A stretch of DNA of 64,000 bases from Cycas panzhihuaensis (lineage: Eukaryota; Plantae; Cycadophyta), in assembly GCA_023213395.1 (NCBI GenBank), contig CM041465.1:122333741-122397740 (forward strand), given 5' to 3'. Position 1 is the first letter of the stretch; the number at the start of each line of letters is the position of its first letter. The translations under genes and the position numbers were made by a program. Shown in pieces: positions 50,190 to 64,000 of the stretch. The notes under the pieces were generated by a model. It was not told the origin of the DNA. It saw only the letters and a list, made by a program, of their open reading frames with translations, and ran no database searches.

Positions 50190-53100
50190 AGAAATGGCAT
50201 GGATTATTATAATCCTTACAAACTAAAAAAGAAGTCCATGGCAAAAAAAAATACAATTAAAATTCATACATCATTTTTTGATCAATACATCTTACTAATC
50301 AATTTATACAAGGTCAATTTTTATAGTCACTTTTTTGGTATAACAACACTCAGGTCACCGGTGGGCCTCACCATTAAAATTTAACCTCTACAACTTACTT
50401 ATCTTATTTTGATAATTTTTTTATATTTGTCCAAGTGAACTAGATGATTTTATTCCTTAAATTTTTAGGTCAATAGGCTATAAACACCCCAAGTACCCTT
50501 CCCTCCCCCTTTATCCCTTCTTTCTCTTATCCCTTCACCAAGGTACTCCCTACTACTTAAAACTCATTCTTTCTTGTTATTCCCCACTTCATATATTTTC
50601 TCTTCTTTTTGCTATGTCATACTCCTTACATCCTATTCTATATTTCTAATGGCACATTCATAAGATGACAAGATCACTTCACTAGAGATAGCATTGGAAA
50701 CTTTCTGATAAGAAGTGAAGGCTGAATTAGCTGACCTTCCTTCTAAGGTAGATTAAGCCAACCTCCCTTTAAAGATAGATATCTTAGTACTACTTACTTA
50801 AATGATTCAATATAATTCTAATAGCATAAAGATATCAAATATGATGACCAACTCTCCTACCTCTTACCCTTCATAGGGAGCAATATACCCTAGGGAGGCC
50901 ATCCACTAAGGCTACAACAACTCCAACATAAAATTAACATCCCAACTTTTGATCTAGATTTGAATAAAGAATGTACTCATAGCTAGATAAGTATATTAGA
51001 ATCCTACTTCACTCTTAACCTAATGATGGAAGAATATTGACTACTATATGCCTCCATCCACATGGATGAAAAATCTTATCACAAGTTTAATTAGTAAAAA
51101 AAAGAATATCCTTCAAATTATACATGGTTACATTTCATTAATTATTTCTTTGAGCAGTATGACAAAACTTAGAGTTAGTTCATTTTCACTTAGTTGATAT
51201 AATTGAAACAAATATCAAGACTAGAGGTTTTCATAGATGAGTTTCAAGCCTTATATAATTAATCCCTACAAAGCCAAAGTCTAGACAAATATACCTTGAT
51301 AGACATTTATGTGGTAGGTCTCTAGGATCATATTTAGATGAGCCTCAACACATTGTCTATAACCTCTCTCAAGGAAGCTATCAAAATGGCTAGAGCAATG
51401 GAGGTAAAATTCATGGTTAAAAGACCCTTACAGACCTGACAAGATAACCCATGCTTCTCGTAACCTTATGAAAAAGACTTCTAATGACCTTAACCCTAAT
51501 TTGATAATACAACTCAACCATGGATAGATTTTTAGCATATCTAACCTTGACTTGATGATGTAACTCACCCTACAATAAGTTGACAAGAAAAAGAATCCTC
51601 ATCAAAATAAGTTCAAATATCACAAGCAAAAGCATAACATCAAATAGAGGCTAGCTTTTGTATTTAGTACTCAGAAAAGTAGACTACCAGGCTTAGTCAC
51701 ATTTATAAATTAAGGTGTATAGTCTTTTCTATTGACCCCATCCTATGCTTTGATAGACATTTAGATTTTGACTCAAAGCATGAGACTGATGAAGAATTCT
51801 AAGAAGACCCCACCTTAATACTTAACCTAAAGTATCCATATCTGTTGTAGCCTCCACCTCTTATCATGAATCCCTATGAGTCAAGGGCATTCTTTATAAA
51901 ACCCCAATGTCAATATCGATCGATTATAATGCATCCTTGAACTTCATTGATATCTCATTAGCCTAATAATTAAACCTTTACATTATCCCAAGGATTGGCT
52001 TCACCTACTCCTTATAAGGGTACTAGAAGGTTCATTATACTAGTGTTATAAAAAACCTATATATCTAGATTGGCATAAATCTCCTAATCTTGGATTTATA
52101 TACATTATTAATAAGAGGATCTAACACTATATTGGGAATCCAATGGTTGTAAACCTTAGGAATTTATAGCATAAATAACTTCCCAACCAATCCATTCATA
52201 TTGTTTAAGGATCAAACGTACTAGACATATAAAATCTATAGGATACAGTACCCACCAAACAAATTGGTTTTACCAGGCCACATGAAATGACATCTTCAAT
52301 TCCACCTTAGTTACATAATTTTCCTTAATAACACTCTGGCTAACCCTCAAATCCACTCACGTATCTATGATGTCATTACTAAGTAAAAGCAATTATTTGC
52401 TTTCCTTATTACTACCACCCCACCTAACTATGGTTTCTACCATATGACTGATCTCTAATCTAAACATGATCCAATTAGCCTACACCCATATAAAAAATTC
52501 TACTTCTAGAAAAATGAAATAGAGAAAATCACTTCTAAACTTATATATATGGGAATAATCTATCCTAGTAAAATCCTATATGCAGCCCCCATAGTCTTGG
52601 TTAAGAAGAAAGATGGCTCCTTTCACATTTGCATAGATTATAAGGAACTTAATAAAATTACTATAAAAAATAACATTCCCACTCCATGGATAGATGACAT
52701 GTTAAATGAGATCCATGGAGCCTCTATTATTTCTAAGCTAGATTTACAGTTTGGATATTATCAGATCTTGATTATTATGAAGGACTGCAATAAGATAGTT
52801 TTTAGAATATATCAGAACCAATTTAAATTCTAAGTGATGTCTTTTATAAAGTTTTAGAATATATCAGAACCAAATTAAATTCTAAGTGATGTCTTTCATC
52901 CTTTATAATGAACTCGCCATCTTCTAAGCACTCATAAATAAGATCTTTAGCATCCACCTTTAAAAATTTATCATCATCTTTTTTGATAATATCCTTATCT
53001 ATAGTTCTTTCTTAGACCATCACATTCATCATCTAGAGATCATTCTCCAAATATCACACCAATACGAATTGTATATAAAATTCTCTAAGTATGAGTTTAG

Positions 53101-54865
53101 AAAAACTAAACTTAAGCATTTGGGACATATCATATATTTAGAAGGGATACGAGTGGATCTTGATAGAATATTAGTCATTACTACCTAGCCAACACTAACT
53201 AATCTCACCCAACTACAAGTATTCCTTATCCTCATAGGGTTATACCATTATTTTATATGAAACTATACCTCACTAGCCACTCCACTAACTAACCTATTCT
53301 ATAAAGACTCCTTTAAGTGGTCTTCATAGGCTAACGTTGTCTTTTCCCATCTCAAAATAATAAGGACCTTTACCCTAGTTCTTGTAACCCTTAATTTCAC
53401 CCAACCATTCCAACTTGAATGTGACACTTCAAGATTTGGCTTTGGAGTGGTTCTTATATAAGACTATCACCCCCTTGATTTTGAAAGCTAAAAACTAAAA
53501 GATCATAAACTCTAACTCTATACATAAGAGAAGGAAATATGAGTTATCATGCATGCTATGGATAAGTAGTATCAATATCTTTTGGGGACAAAATTTCTTA
53601 TCCTCACAGATGACCATAGCCTTCATAATTTATTAGACTAGTCAGTTTTGTCAAAAGAATAAACTAAATGGAATGATCACCTGTAGGTATTTAACTTTAC
53701 CATCTCTTATAAGAAAGGTAAAGATTATGTGGTTGTAGATGCTTTTTCTCACACTAAATCCTAATCTTTATACTATATTAAAGCCTCACTCTATTTGGCT
53801 TAATAAATTACATCATGAGAACTAGGCTCAACCCAACTACTCTAACTAGGGTGAAAAAGCTTTCACCCAAAAAGGTTGGTCAACCTACAACAACCATTTA
53901 CTATTTAGGAATCATATCTTTATACAACCATCCTCCTTATTCATATCTTAAATTTTAATAGAGTACCACTCCACTCCCTTCAGAGGCCATTTTAGATTCA
54001 ATAAAACCTATTAGTGTATCTGTGTAGATTTATTTTGGCCCTATATAAAACCAACCATCTTCGCCTTTATCTTAGAGTGTGACACTTGTGATTAGAACAA
54101 TGTGGATACAAAAGACCTACTAAGACTCCTCTAACCACTACACATTTCATAAGGAAAATGGTAAGACATCACCATGAACTTTATTGTTAGCCTACCTATA
54201 TCTGCTAGTCTTTAGATTAACCAAGTATTCATATTTCCTCCCAATATACACCTCATATACCTCTTCTTATATTATTAACCTCTACATCCAATTTATTTTT
54301 TACCTTCATGGATTTCCCTCAACCATAATTCATGATTAAGATCCTAAGTTCATTAGCACCTTTTCGTAAGAACTCTTTAGAGTCATAGGAACCTTATTCA
54401 ACATAAGCTCTACTTACCATCCTCAAACAAATGCTTAATTTAAGGCATTAAATAAAACTTTATAAATGTACCTATACTACTTTGCCTTATAATACCAAGC
54501 TAAGTAGACCTCCTGGATTTCCCTAACAAAATATTAGTATATAACTCATCTCACTATTTAGTTATTAGTATGTTTCCGTTTTTGGTATTATACGGTTATC
54601 ATCCCCCTTAACACCATATTTTGGTAGCCAGTTTTTGGACTACCTCAGCCTAACAAAAGCTTCAAGAGATGGACCAAATCCTCCATAACCTTTAGCACAA
54701 CTTGGTTACTGCCTAGAACTATATGAAGTAATTCGTCAGTCACCACAAGTCCAATTCATCATTTGACATTGGAGATCTAATGTTCCTCTACCTCCAATGA
54801 CATAAGCAGTAATCCTTCAAGTCTCATCAAAACCATATACTAATCTCACATTATTATGGTCTATA
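50190..54865 (+). pseudogene. Second decayed copy of the chromovirus-type gypsy family (gag-PR-RT-RH-INT), LTRs not recovered
   Basis: The leader resembles 17500-17800. RT ORF 52549-52833 (PIVLVKKKDGSFHICIDYKELNKITIKN..SKLDLQFGYYQI); RNaseH LECDTSRFGFGVVL about 53415-53455; integrase to about 54600; ends at YYG.Y. Confidence 0.85.
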
Positions 54866-56449
54866 ATATTAGTCTCTAAAGTTAATAAAAGTGATCTATC
54901 TATTCTCTTAACTCTTCTTTCATCAGATTCATAAGAATAATCTCATAAAGATATACTCCATTGACCTCCTCCAACCTCAGAACCTTAGGGTAAATGGTAG
55001 GATATTACTATAGATTTCATCATGAGGTTATCATTATCTACTAAGTTTAACTTGATATGGTTTGTCATTAATAGACTTACCAAATATGCATACTTCTTAC
55101 CCATTCACATGTCGTACAAAGCTTCCCACCTGGCCAATCTTTACATCCATTCGATTTTTCATCTCCATGACTTTCTATCATTAATTGTTTATGACTAAGA
55201 TCCAAAATTCATGAGCATATTTTAGCAAGAACTCTTTTGGGTCTTTGGAACCTTATTTAACATAAGCTTAGCTTATCATTTATAAATTGATGGTTAATAT
55301 GAATTTTTTAATAAGACCTTAGAAATATATTTATAATACTTTACATCAAAACATCAACAAAAATGGACTTCATGGCTAGCTCTTATAGTATAACTCCTCA
55401 CACCACTTGTTGATTGACATGTGCCACTCCATGGCCCTCTATGGATACCTACCTTCATCTCACCATAGTCTTGATACTAATCTTTGTATTACTCTAGTTA
55501 AATAAGAACTCTAATATATGGACCAAATTCTTCATAGAATTAAACAAAACCTTATAAATAATTCATCAATATCTATCATTCTAATCAATCATTTAACATG
55601 GGTGATTGCGTATTCCTTTGACTTCAAACATATAAGCAATAGTCCGTCAAACATTATAAAAGCCAAAAGTTAACCCCCTATTATTATGGCCCCTATAAGG
55701 TCCTTCAACGAATTGGTGAAGTTATATATGCACTTAAACTTTATCCTTATACCAAAATCCACAATATATTCCATGTCTTATGCCTTAAGAAGGCCTTTGC
55801 AAAAAACATAGTACCTTAATTTACCTTACCAATTTGGGATGAATAACATCATCTTATTATCTTACTTGAATGTCTTATTGTCATTTGCCAATACCACCTT
55901 TTGAATAGGACCATTTTTTAGTACTTAGTATAGTGCACTAGTTGTCAACTAGATGAGGCTATATGGGAATTCATCAAATTTGTTAAGCAACATCTTCATC
56001 TCTTCTTAGATTCAAGGCCTCAACATCTTAGGGGAGATGACCTATTACATGACAAATTGGCACTATGTAAAAATAGTTAAGTTAATGCTTTGTTAAGGAG
56101 ACTTGGATGGTTAGTGTCAACCATTAACCTATGTGTATAGGTCGCTTATGTCTAGCAATAAAAATTAAGGTCACTTTTCCTACCAATTGTATCTTATGTA
56201 AAGGGGCCTATCTTACTTATTTAAGGCCAACTTATTATAAAGGGTTATTGTTGAGTCTTGTTCCTTTTTTAGAGGTTGTACTTTAGTACCTTCTTTTGGT
56301 GATCTTTTATGCTCTCTTAGTGAACTTGTATGCTTATCCCTTATAATTTATCTTTTAAGTTATAATAAAGTGTTGTTATATTATCTAATATTTATATATT
56401 TATGCTTAAGCTAGAGAATTACTAAAGTAAGCTCATTCCACCATAACAC

Positions 56450-56970
56450 TTTAAGTGATCATAGGTATTTATACAATAAAACCCATACTAGGGATGGGTT
56501 AAAAGGTGGTTGAAGGATGATATAGGTGAAGGGTCTTATCATAAGCCTAATACTCATAATATTAGTATAGATAATATGGCATTCATACTAAAAGAAGAAT
56601 ATTATATAGGGTTTATTTTGTGAGAATAAAAGGTATACAAATAATTTATAAGCAAGGAATTTCTAGAGAGGTAGTTGGGATTATTGAATGGGTAGTTAAA
56701 AGATGGCTAAGAGAAATGAGGGTTAATGAATTATTAGGAAGAGAATAAAATTTATATAGAAAGTTGATTAGGTGGGAGGTGTTAGGGGGTGGTATTAATA
56801 AAGTTGTTAAGAGATGAATAAGAACCTACAGGTCAAGAGGTAAAGTTCACCATTTAGATTTTAGAAGATAGGTTATTATGGAGTTATAACAATTTAATCA
56901 ACTAGGAAAATGGCAAAATAGATTAGGTCAAGACTAATGCAGAAGAGAGGATAGGGACAATGGATATAAT
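56450..56970 (-). mobile_element. Inverted fragment of the leader/gag start of the same chromovirus-type family
   Basis: The reverse complement (ctcatttctcttagccatc, pyrimidine-rich leader) resembles 17700-17820 and 50500-50650. Confidence 0.3.
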
Positions 56971-58026
56971 TGTTGGTATAATTCCCATCTTAAGGAAATA
57001 TCTAAATCCCCACATGGCAACACATGTTTCAACGCTTGCTAGTAGTAGTTGGCAATTTATCTTAAGGTATATGTCTGTACGGTCAAAGTCTTGCCTATGT
57101 TATTCATGGGGTCAATGATTGTAGTGTTCTTTAATACCACCCTTCATTTATGGATCATGTGTCCTCTTCTTGATTGTTATTTATGTGTATTTAAAGTTAC
57201 CGATGAGATATTGATATTTGGTATCAAATCCATTGTGATTCTTTTTAGCCTCTTATTCATTCAATGTTGCCTTTGTGATATAATATTTAGAGGAAGGTTA
57301 TGTAAAAGGTTACTATGTATGATTGTGTCTATTCTAGATTAACCAGTTCCACCTAGTTTTTGTGTTTGTAATAAAAAGTCTACATCTACGATTATGTTTA
57401 TTCATATTTGACAATGTATTTTAACCTTATCTATAGAGTTTGTTATCATTGGCATTAATTATGTTTATGTCTCTAGTTTTATTACATATGTGGCTATGTG
57501 GAGAGACTATGTATCTATGTCTATAATTGTGTTCTGCATAAGATTATATTTGTATCTGCATTTGTTTTAAATAAACTCTCATTTTCACTGACTTGCCTAC
57601 TCTTATTATGTGTAGTATATTTGATCTCCTACATATTTATATTATCTAGTATCTAACTTCAATTGTCAGTGGAATCATGATTGAGTTACTTTTATTTCAT
57701 TTCATAAGTTAGTCTCCCTTGGTAATGTATGGAATTTTATACATCTCTACATCTCCAAGTGTTTGTATTAGTTATTGGAAAGTTGGTCATATTGATTATT
57801 ATTTATGTAGGTACATTCAATCCTAGATGTACTAAATGTAGTGCTTAGTTCATTTTATCATAGTAACAAGCCAATGTTATTCATGAGAATTCATCCTTCA
57901 TCTAGTATAAGTCATTAGGTTTTTCTTATAAAGCATGTAGATCATGATCACCTTATCATTTATGTTTACCTCATCACTTGTGTTGAGTCTTTATATGATC
58001 TGAATCATAACAATATAATAATTATG

Positions 58027-61000
58027 TGTTGGATATTGTGACAACAATAGTTTGAGGCTAAACTTTTGGCATGTTGGCAGTGCAGTTTCCCCCCTAATCT
58101 TTCTCGAGGGTTCCAAGGGGGTGGGAGCCCCCCTTAGCTGAAGGGTGCAGGGGTTGTGGAATGCCCCTCACTAAGAGGGGGTTTGGGGGTGATAGCCCCC
58201 AACCCGAAAAATTAGCCCTATAAACCATATTAAATTGTAAAGAGAATCAGGGTTGTTTGATACAAATATCCTAGATTCTACGGTTGAGATTTATGCCTTG
58301 GATGACCCTCTCATATAGCCTGATTTAGGACTTTTCTTATTATGTTGTATGTAATGTAATGTATTGTGATGAGGGTGACAGTTGGTTGTTGTTCTTGAGA
58401 GTACTCTGCTACTGAGATGTACTTTTTCTCCATTCTACATCAATAAAGATCGATACCTTTTCTATGTTGATGTTTCCCTAGCACACTGCTAGAGTTTTAC
58501 CATGTTATATCGAGTGTATATATGATGTTTGGCTTTCATATTCATGTTATTGTATTATCTCTGATTTTAGAACTTGCATGTTAAACTTTAGTTTCGATTC
58601 CTGTAACTAGTTACAAAATAGTTCAGATCTTATGGCGGTCTAAGGTTTGGGACCTTGTATTTTTAACAAGTGGTATCGTAGCCACTTTTTTTTGCATCAA
58701 GTTTGTGAAGGTTTTGGTGTCAATTTTTCTACACCAAATGGTGAAACTAGCAAGTGCAAAGTTTGAGGTATAGAAATTTAATAGCAAGAACAACTTCAAC
58801 TTGTGGAAGTTGAAAGCATATGATATTCTTGTACAATAGGGTTTATACAAAGCCCTTGTAAGCAAATCGAAGAAACCCACAGGGATGGACGATGATGAAT
58901 GGGATAATTTAGATAAAAAGATACTTAGCACAATACGATTGTGCTTGGCAGATGAAGTTTTGTTTAACATCATAGGGGAGCAGATAACAACAGGATTATG
59001 GACATGGTTAGAAGGCTTGTATATGACTAAATCAGTAATGAATCAAATCTACCTGAAGAGGCAACTGTACTCGTTACGGATGAAGGAAGGTATAAAAATT
59101 ACTAATCATTTAAATGTTTTCAATACTCTTATTTATCAGTTGACTAGTATCGATATTAAAATTAAGGATAGGACAAGGTTATTACCTTGTTATGCTCATT
59201 ACTCGAATCCTAAGATAATATTGTCACCTCAATTAGTTTTAGCACTATAGATGATTTGGAATATGATACTATTGTGAGTGCTTTGCTAATAGAAGAAGTG
59301 CAGAGGAAGTCTAGTCTTGAAACCTCCACACTATAAGTTATGGCGGCAAGGGGTAGAATGATTGAGAGAGGACAAAACTCCAGGGATGCATCAAGGTCCA
59401 AGTCAAAGAGCAAAAAGAGTAAGCTCAGATGTTGACACTGTAATAAGATAGGTCACCTCAAGAAGGATTACTTCAAAAGGAAGGAGTTCCAGAAAAAGGA
59501 AGATCCTGCCAAGGAGATGAATTAGGTGGAGTCAAATCAAGGTATGGATGATGATGTGTTGGTTGCTTGTAATGTTTCTCATTATCACCATGACCGGTTA
59601 TTAGATTCAAGTGCTTTGTACCACATGTATCCACACAAGAGTTGGTTCTCATCATACCAACCTCTTGATGGCGGTGATATGCTTATGGGAAATGAAGTTT
59701 CTTATAAGATAGTAGGCATTGGTAGCATTAAAATTATGATGTTCGATGGAGTAGTGAGAATATTAGCTGAGATTAGACATGTACCTGAACTAAAAAGGAA
59801 TCTAATTTTCTTGGGTGAACTAGATTCGGGTGGTTTTAAGCATACATGTCATGAAGGAGTCCTAAAGGTTTCAAAGGATGCCTTGGTTGTTATGAAAGCC
59901 TTAAAGAAAGGAAACCTTTACATATTAGTGGGAAGTACAGATGTTAGCCATGCAACTACAACATTAAAGATTGCAGAAGATCCAGCTCAGTTATGGCATC
60001 AGAGACTTGGGCATATGAGTGAGAGAGGACTTAAGATGTTGATAAATCATAAGTTGCTTCCTAACTTGCAACTTTCAGATTTGGCTTTCTATAAACATTA
60101 TATTTTTGGAAAGTAGTGTAGACTCAAGTTTAAAGTAAGGAGTCACACTAGTACAGGCATTCTGGATTATATACATTCATATGTGTGGGGACCATCCCCT
60201 AAAATATCTTGTGGAGGATCATTATACTTTATCATATTTATAGATGATTACTCCAAGAAGGTATGGGTCTATTTTTTAAAAAGGAAATCTGAAGTGTTTA
60301 GTGTGTTTAAGTAGTTCAAGGCTCTAGTTGAGAACATCACTGGTAAGACAATCAAATGTTTAAGAACTAACAATGGATGTGAGTTCAACTCTTTGGAATT
60401 TGAGAATTATTGTAGAGAAGTTAGGATCGAAAGACACAAGACCACTAGCTATACTCCACAGCAAAATGGCATTGCTGAGTACATGAATAAGACACTCTTG
60501 GAAAGAGTAAGACGCATGCTAAGTAATGCAGGAGTGGAGTAGGGCTTGTGGGCAGAAGCTGTTCAAACAGCTTGCTATCTGGTAAACAGGTCACCATCAC
60601 TTGCAATAGATTATAAGATTCATGAAGAGGTATGGACTGGACATCTATGTGATTATTCAAATTTAAAAGTTTTTGGTTGTGATGCTTATGCCTAGACTGA
60701 CAAAAGTAAACATTCAAAGTTAGACCCAAAATCTAAGAGATATATCTTTGTTGGTTATGGCGATAAAGATGGTGTGAAGGGATATAGGTTGTGGAATCCT
60801 ACTGCAAAAAAAATCACCATTAACATAGATGTTGTATTTGATGAATCTCCCCTTGTAAAATGAGATAGTGGAGAAGTTAAAATGAAACAGGAGCAGCAAG
60901 CTAAATATCAATAAGTCAAGTTTGAAATGCAGCCATCTGTGGAATCATAAGAGCAGGAAGATCTTTCTGAAGATGAATCTGTAGCAGATTCACAAGAGTA

Positions 61001-63354
61001 TATGGACACTCCTCTACCAACAATTAGAAGATCTATATAAGTTAGTCACCCACCTGATAGGTATAACCCTTCTATTTCTGTTGCTTTAGTTTCTAATGAT
61101 GATGAGCCCACATGTTATCAAGAAGCAGCAGATGATATCCATGGTGAGAAGTGGAAAAGGGCTATGCAGGAAGAGATAGATGCTTCGAAGAAAAATAATT
61201 CATGGGACTTGGTAGAACTTCCACATGGCAGGAAGACTGTTGGTTGCAGGTGGGTTTTCAAAAAGAAAATAGATGTTGATAGAAAGGTTGATAAATACAA
61301 GGCAAGACTGGTGGCTAAAGGTTTTGTACAGAAAGCAAGTATTGACTTTCATGATATCTTTTCCCCAGTTGTCAAACTTGTTTCAATTTGAGTGCTATTA
61401 GCATTGGTAGCTTCTCTCAATTTGGAGTTGGAGTAGTTAGATGTAAAAGTAAATTTTCTACATGGAGATTTAGATGAGGAGACTATATGGATCAACCAGA
61501 ACAGTTTGTACAAGATGGCAGGAAAAGACTTATTTGAAGGCTCAGGAAATCATTGTATGGCTTGAAGTAATCACCCAGACAGTGGTACAAGAAGTTTGAT
61601 GCCTTCATAGAGAGCCAAAATTTCAAAAAAAGTGAGTATGATCATTGTGTTTACTCTAAATTTATGGACAATAGCTTATTCATTATCTTAGTATTATATG
61701 TTGATGACATGTTGGTTGTAAGCAAGAGCATGGAAGAAATCAATAAGCTGAAGGCTCAATTGGCTAGGACTTTTGATATGAAGGATCTAGGAGCTGTAAA
61801 ACAAATCTTAGGCATGGAGATACACAGAGATAAGAAAAATGGTAAGCTATGGTTATCGCAGTAGAAATATGTGGAGAAGGTGCTAACCAGGTTTGGTATA
61901 GCAAATGTGAAACCAGTGAGTATTCCATTAGCTTCCCACTTCAAGCTTTCTTCAAATATGAGTCATAGTAGTAAAGAAGAAAAGGTTTATATATCTTGTA
62001 TGCCTTATGCCAGTGCAGTAGGAAGTTTGATGTATGCCATGGTATATACAAGACTTGATATTTCACATGTAGTCAGTGTAGTTAGCAAGTTTATGGAAAA
62101 TCCGGGAAAGGAACATTGGACTGCAGTGAAATGGGTGCTTTGGTATTTGAGAGGCACAAGTGACTATTGCATCACCTTTGGAGGTATATGTAATCAAGTT
62201 TTATGGATATGTTGATTCAAACTTTACAAGAGATTTATACAAAAGAATGTCTACTTCAGGTTATATTTTTACTCTTACAAATCATCTAGTTAATTGGATG
62301 TCCAAATTGCATAGCATAATTGCACTGTCAACTACAGAAGCTAAATATGTTGCTGCAACACATGCTTGTAAAGAAGTAATCTGGTTACATGGTCTATTGA
62401 TTGAGCTTGGAAGGAGATAGGAAAATGTAAAGGTATTTTATGACAGTCAAAGTGTCATTTACTTAGCCAAGAATCTAGCCTATCATAATAGAACAAAGTA
62501 TATTGCTCTTAAGTACCATTTTGTTAGACAGGTTGTGGAAGTAGGTGGAGTGGCAGTTGAGAAGATTCACACAAATCATAATTGTGCTGATATGTTCATA
62601 AAACTAGTATCATTAGAGAAGTTCAAATGGTGTTTGACTTCTCTTGGCTTGTAGAAAAGATGATGAAGGGTCTAGGAAAGGTATCGGGTAAATTGTTGTT
62701 AAGGTGGAGATTGTTGGATATTGTGATAACAATAGTTTGAGGCTAAAATTTTGACATGTTGGTAGTGCGGTTTCCCACCTAATCTTTCTCGGGGAGTTCC
62801 AAGGGGGGCAGGAACTCCCCTTAGCCGGGGGGTATGGGGGTTGTGAGACGCCCCTCATTAAGAGAAGGTTCGGGGGCAATAGCCCCCGACCCAAAAAATT
62901 AGCCCTGTAAACCATATTAAATTGTAAAGAGAATTAGGGTCATTCGACATAAATACTCTAGATTCTATGATTGAGATTTATGCCTTCGATGACCCTCTCA
63001 TGTAGCTCGATTTAGGGCTTTTCTTATTATGTTGTATGTAATGTAATGCACTATGATGAGGGCAGCGAATGATTGTTATTTCTGAGAGCACTCTACTACT
63101 GAGATGTACTTTTTCTCCATTCTACAGTAATAAAAATTGATACCTTTCTTGTGTGATATTTCCTTAGCACACTACTAGGGTTTTACCATGTTATATTGGG
63201 TGCATATGTGATGTTTGGCTTTCATATTCATGTTATTATATTATTTCTGATTTTAGAACTTGCATGTTAAATTTTAGTTTCGATTCTTGTAACTAGGTAC
63301 AAAATAGTTCAGATCTTATGGCGATTTAAGGCTTGGGACCTTGTATTTTCAACA
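58027..63354 (+). mobile_element. Full-length Ty1/copia retrotransposon (Tnt1/Tork-like)
   Basis: LTRs 58027-58668 and 62712-63354 (TGTTG...AACA). Perfect TSD TTATG. PBS tggtatcgtagc 58671-58682; PPT aaggtggagat 62701-62711. Confidence 0.96.
58738..62665 (+). pseudogene. Copia gag-pol (Gag, PR, GAG-pre-integrase, INT, RT, RNaseH) with stops and frameshifts
   Basis: KFEV.KFN..NFNLWKLK; LLDSSA..HM (protease); LWHQRLGHMSERGL; FIDDYSKKVW; KYKARLVAKGF; LYVDDML; FDMKDLG; IALSTTEAKY. Confidence 0.95.
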
Positions 63355-64000
63355 TTATGTACTAAGGACAATGATATTAAAATGTGGAGTTATTTACATG
63401 GTTAATATTTAATGTTATCCCACATTATAATATTGCTCAATATGATAAATATATAATTGTTAATGATAACCTCTTATTGGATGGTATAAAGGTTTTGTAA
63501 TATGATAAACTTATTATGAGGTTGGTTGTCTTATAAATATGTACACACTCACTTGAGAAACTTAAGAATTGAAGGAGTAACTTTATTATGTGATTAATAA
63601 AGTGAAGCTAGCTGCCAACCTTCTCCCATGGTTTTTCCCTAGTTTAGATTTTCCATGTTTTTATCTAATATCTCATGGTGATGATTATGTATATTCTTAT
63701 ACTTAATATAGTTTATAGAATGTTTGTGTACATATCCTTATGATGATATATATATTTTAGTATTTAACATGGCATAACAATGTTATTGTGAATCCTAGAC
63801 CAATGATTGGCTAGTTTTATTTGACAAGTAATATAAGAACATTTTGTCCTTATACCATGATTTAATATCTAGTATTAGAGGAAATGGTATTGAAGGTTTA
63901 GATGTGGAGAATTTATTTAAGATAGGTTGCTAGCTACGTTGATTTAGAGCATGCATATGTGATTTTATCATGTGAAGTTATACTATAGATTAGATGTGCA

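Larger units (their letters stand above)
36733..54960 (+). mobile_element. LTR element remnant inserted in the host gypsy integrase: 5' LTR 36733-37111, PBS 37114-37125, truncated 3' LTR 54860-54960
   Basis: TGTAAT...ACTCCA followed by ag TGGTATTAGAGC. 37012-37111 aligns with 54860-54960. The host integrase resumes (LLQP) right after 54960. TSD poorly conserved (ctaaa/ttgac). Confidence 0.6.
17362..56448 (+). mobile_element. Decayed chromovirus-type Ty3/gypsy host element, interrupted by several nested insertions
   Basis: gag about 17800-18600 and protease about 18950-19350; RT 29370-30043; RT/RNaseH/integrase 35754-36732 (WPT|PKT reads across element A); integrase and chromodomain-like YLV...EAIWE at 54961-56030. 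PPT ttaggggagatg about 56028-56039; 3' LTR about 56043-56448, whose end ctcattccaccataaca matches ctcattacatcataaca near 17415. Confidence 0.7.
56971..64000 (+). mobile_element. Possible long 5' LTR of an older copia element (split by the 58027-63354 copia), with degenerate PBS and gag start at the right edge
   Basis: Starts TGTTGG at 56971. Degenerate PBS tagtattagagg near 63870 is followed by sequence resembling RFDVEKF codons. Partner LTR is outside the window. Confidence 0.3.

Noticed and set aside
57049-57342. Hydrophobic 97-aa ORF that could suggest an env-like or membrane protein
   Set aside because: T-rich, probably LTR sequence that naturally yields F/L/I/V codons; non-ATG start and not in an env position.

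Overview
AT-rich, strongly CpG/CHG-depleted plant intergenic DNA (gymnosperm-like by element families and decay pattern; inference only). It consists almost entirely of nested, mostly decayed LTR retrotransposons; there is no intact host gene, RNA gene or CRISPR array. Six elements have both LTRs, PBS, PPT and a perfect or transition-degraded TSD. Two are Ty1/copia elements (19360-29167 minus; 58027-63354 plus). Four are non-autonomous elements with short LTRs and tRNA-iMet PBS: D 11818-16038, C 21583-26450, A 30044-35748 and B 44125-49080. They sit in or beside degenerate Ty3/gypsy elements (one Tat/Ogre-like, two chromovirus-type copies, one further gypsy), nested up to four levels deep. The most unusual biology is in the A/B family. 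(i) The LTR U5 ends carry stacked [PBS-spacer-LTR end] modules, giving up to three alternative priming/integrase ends. (ii) A conserved backbone surrounds a variable slot holding antisense cargo: in the young element B an intronless fragment of a GRP7/8-type glycine-rich RNA-binding protein gene next to a CpG island, in A an unrelated decayed ORF. (iii) Only a truncated gag remains, placed next to the PPT. C and D share a second backbone but have different LTRs and coding remnants. All alignments were made by eye.
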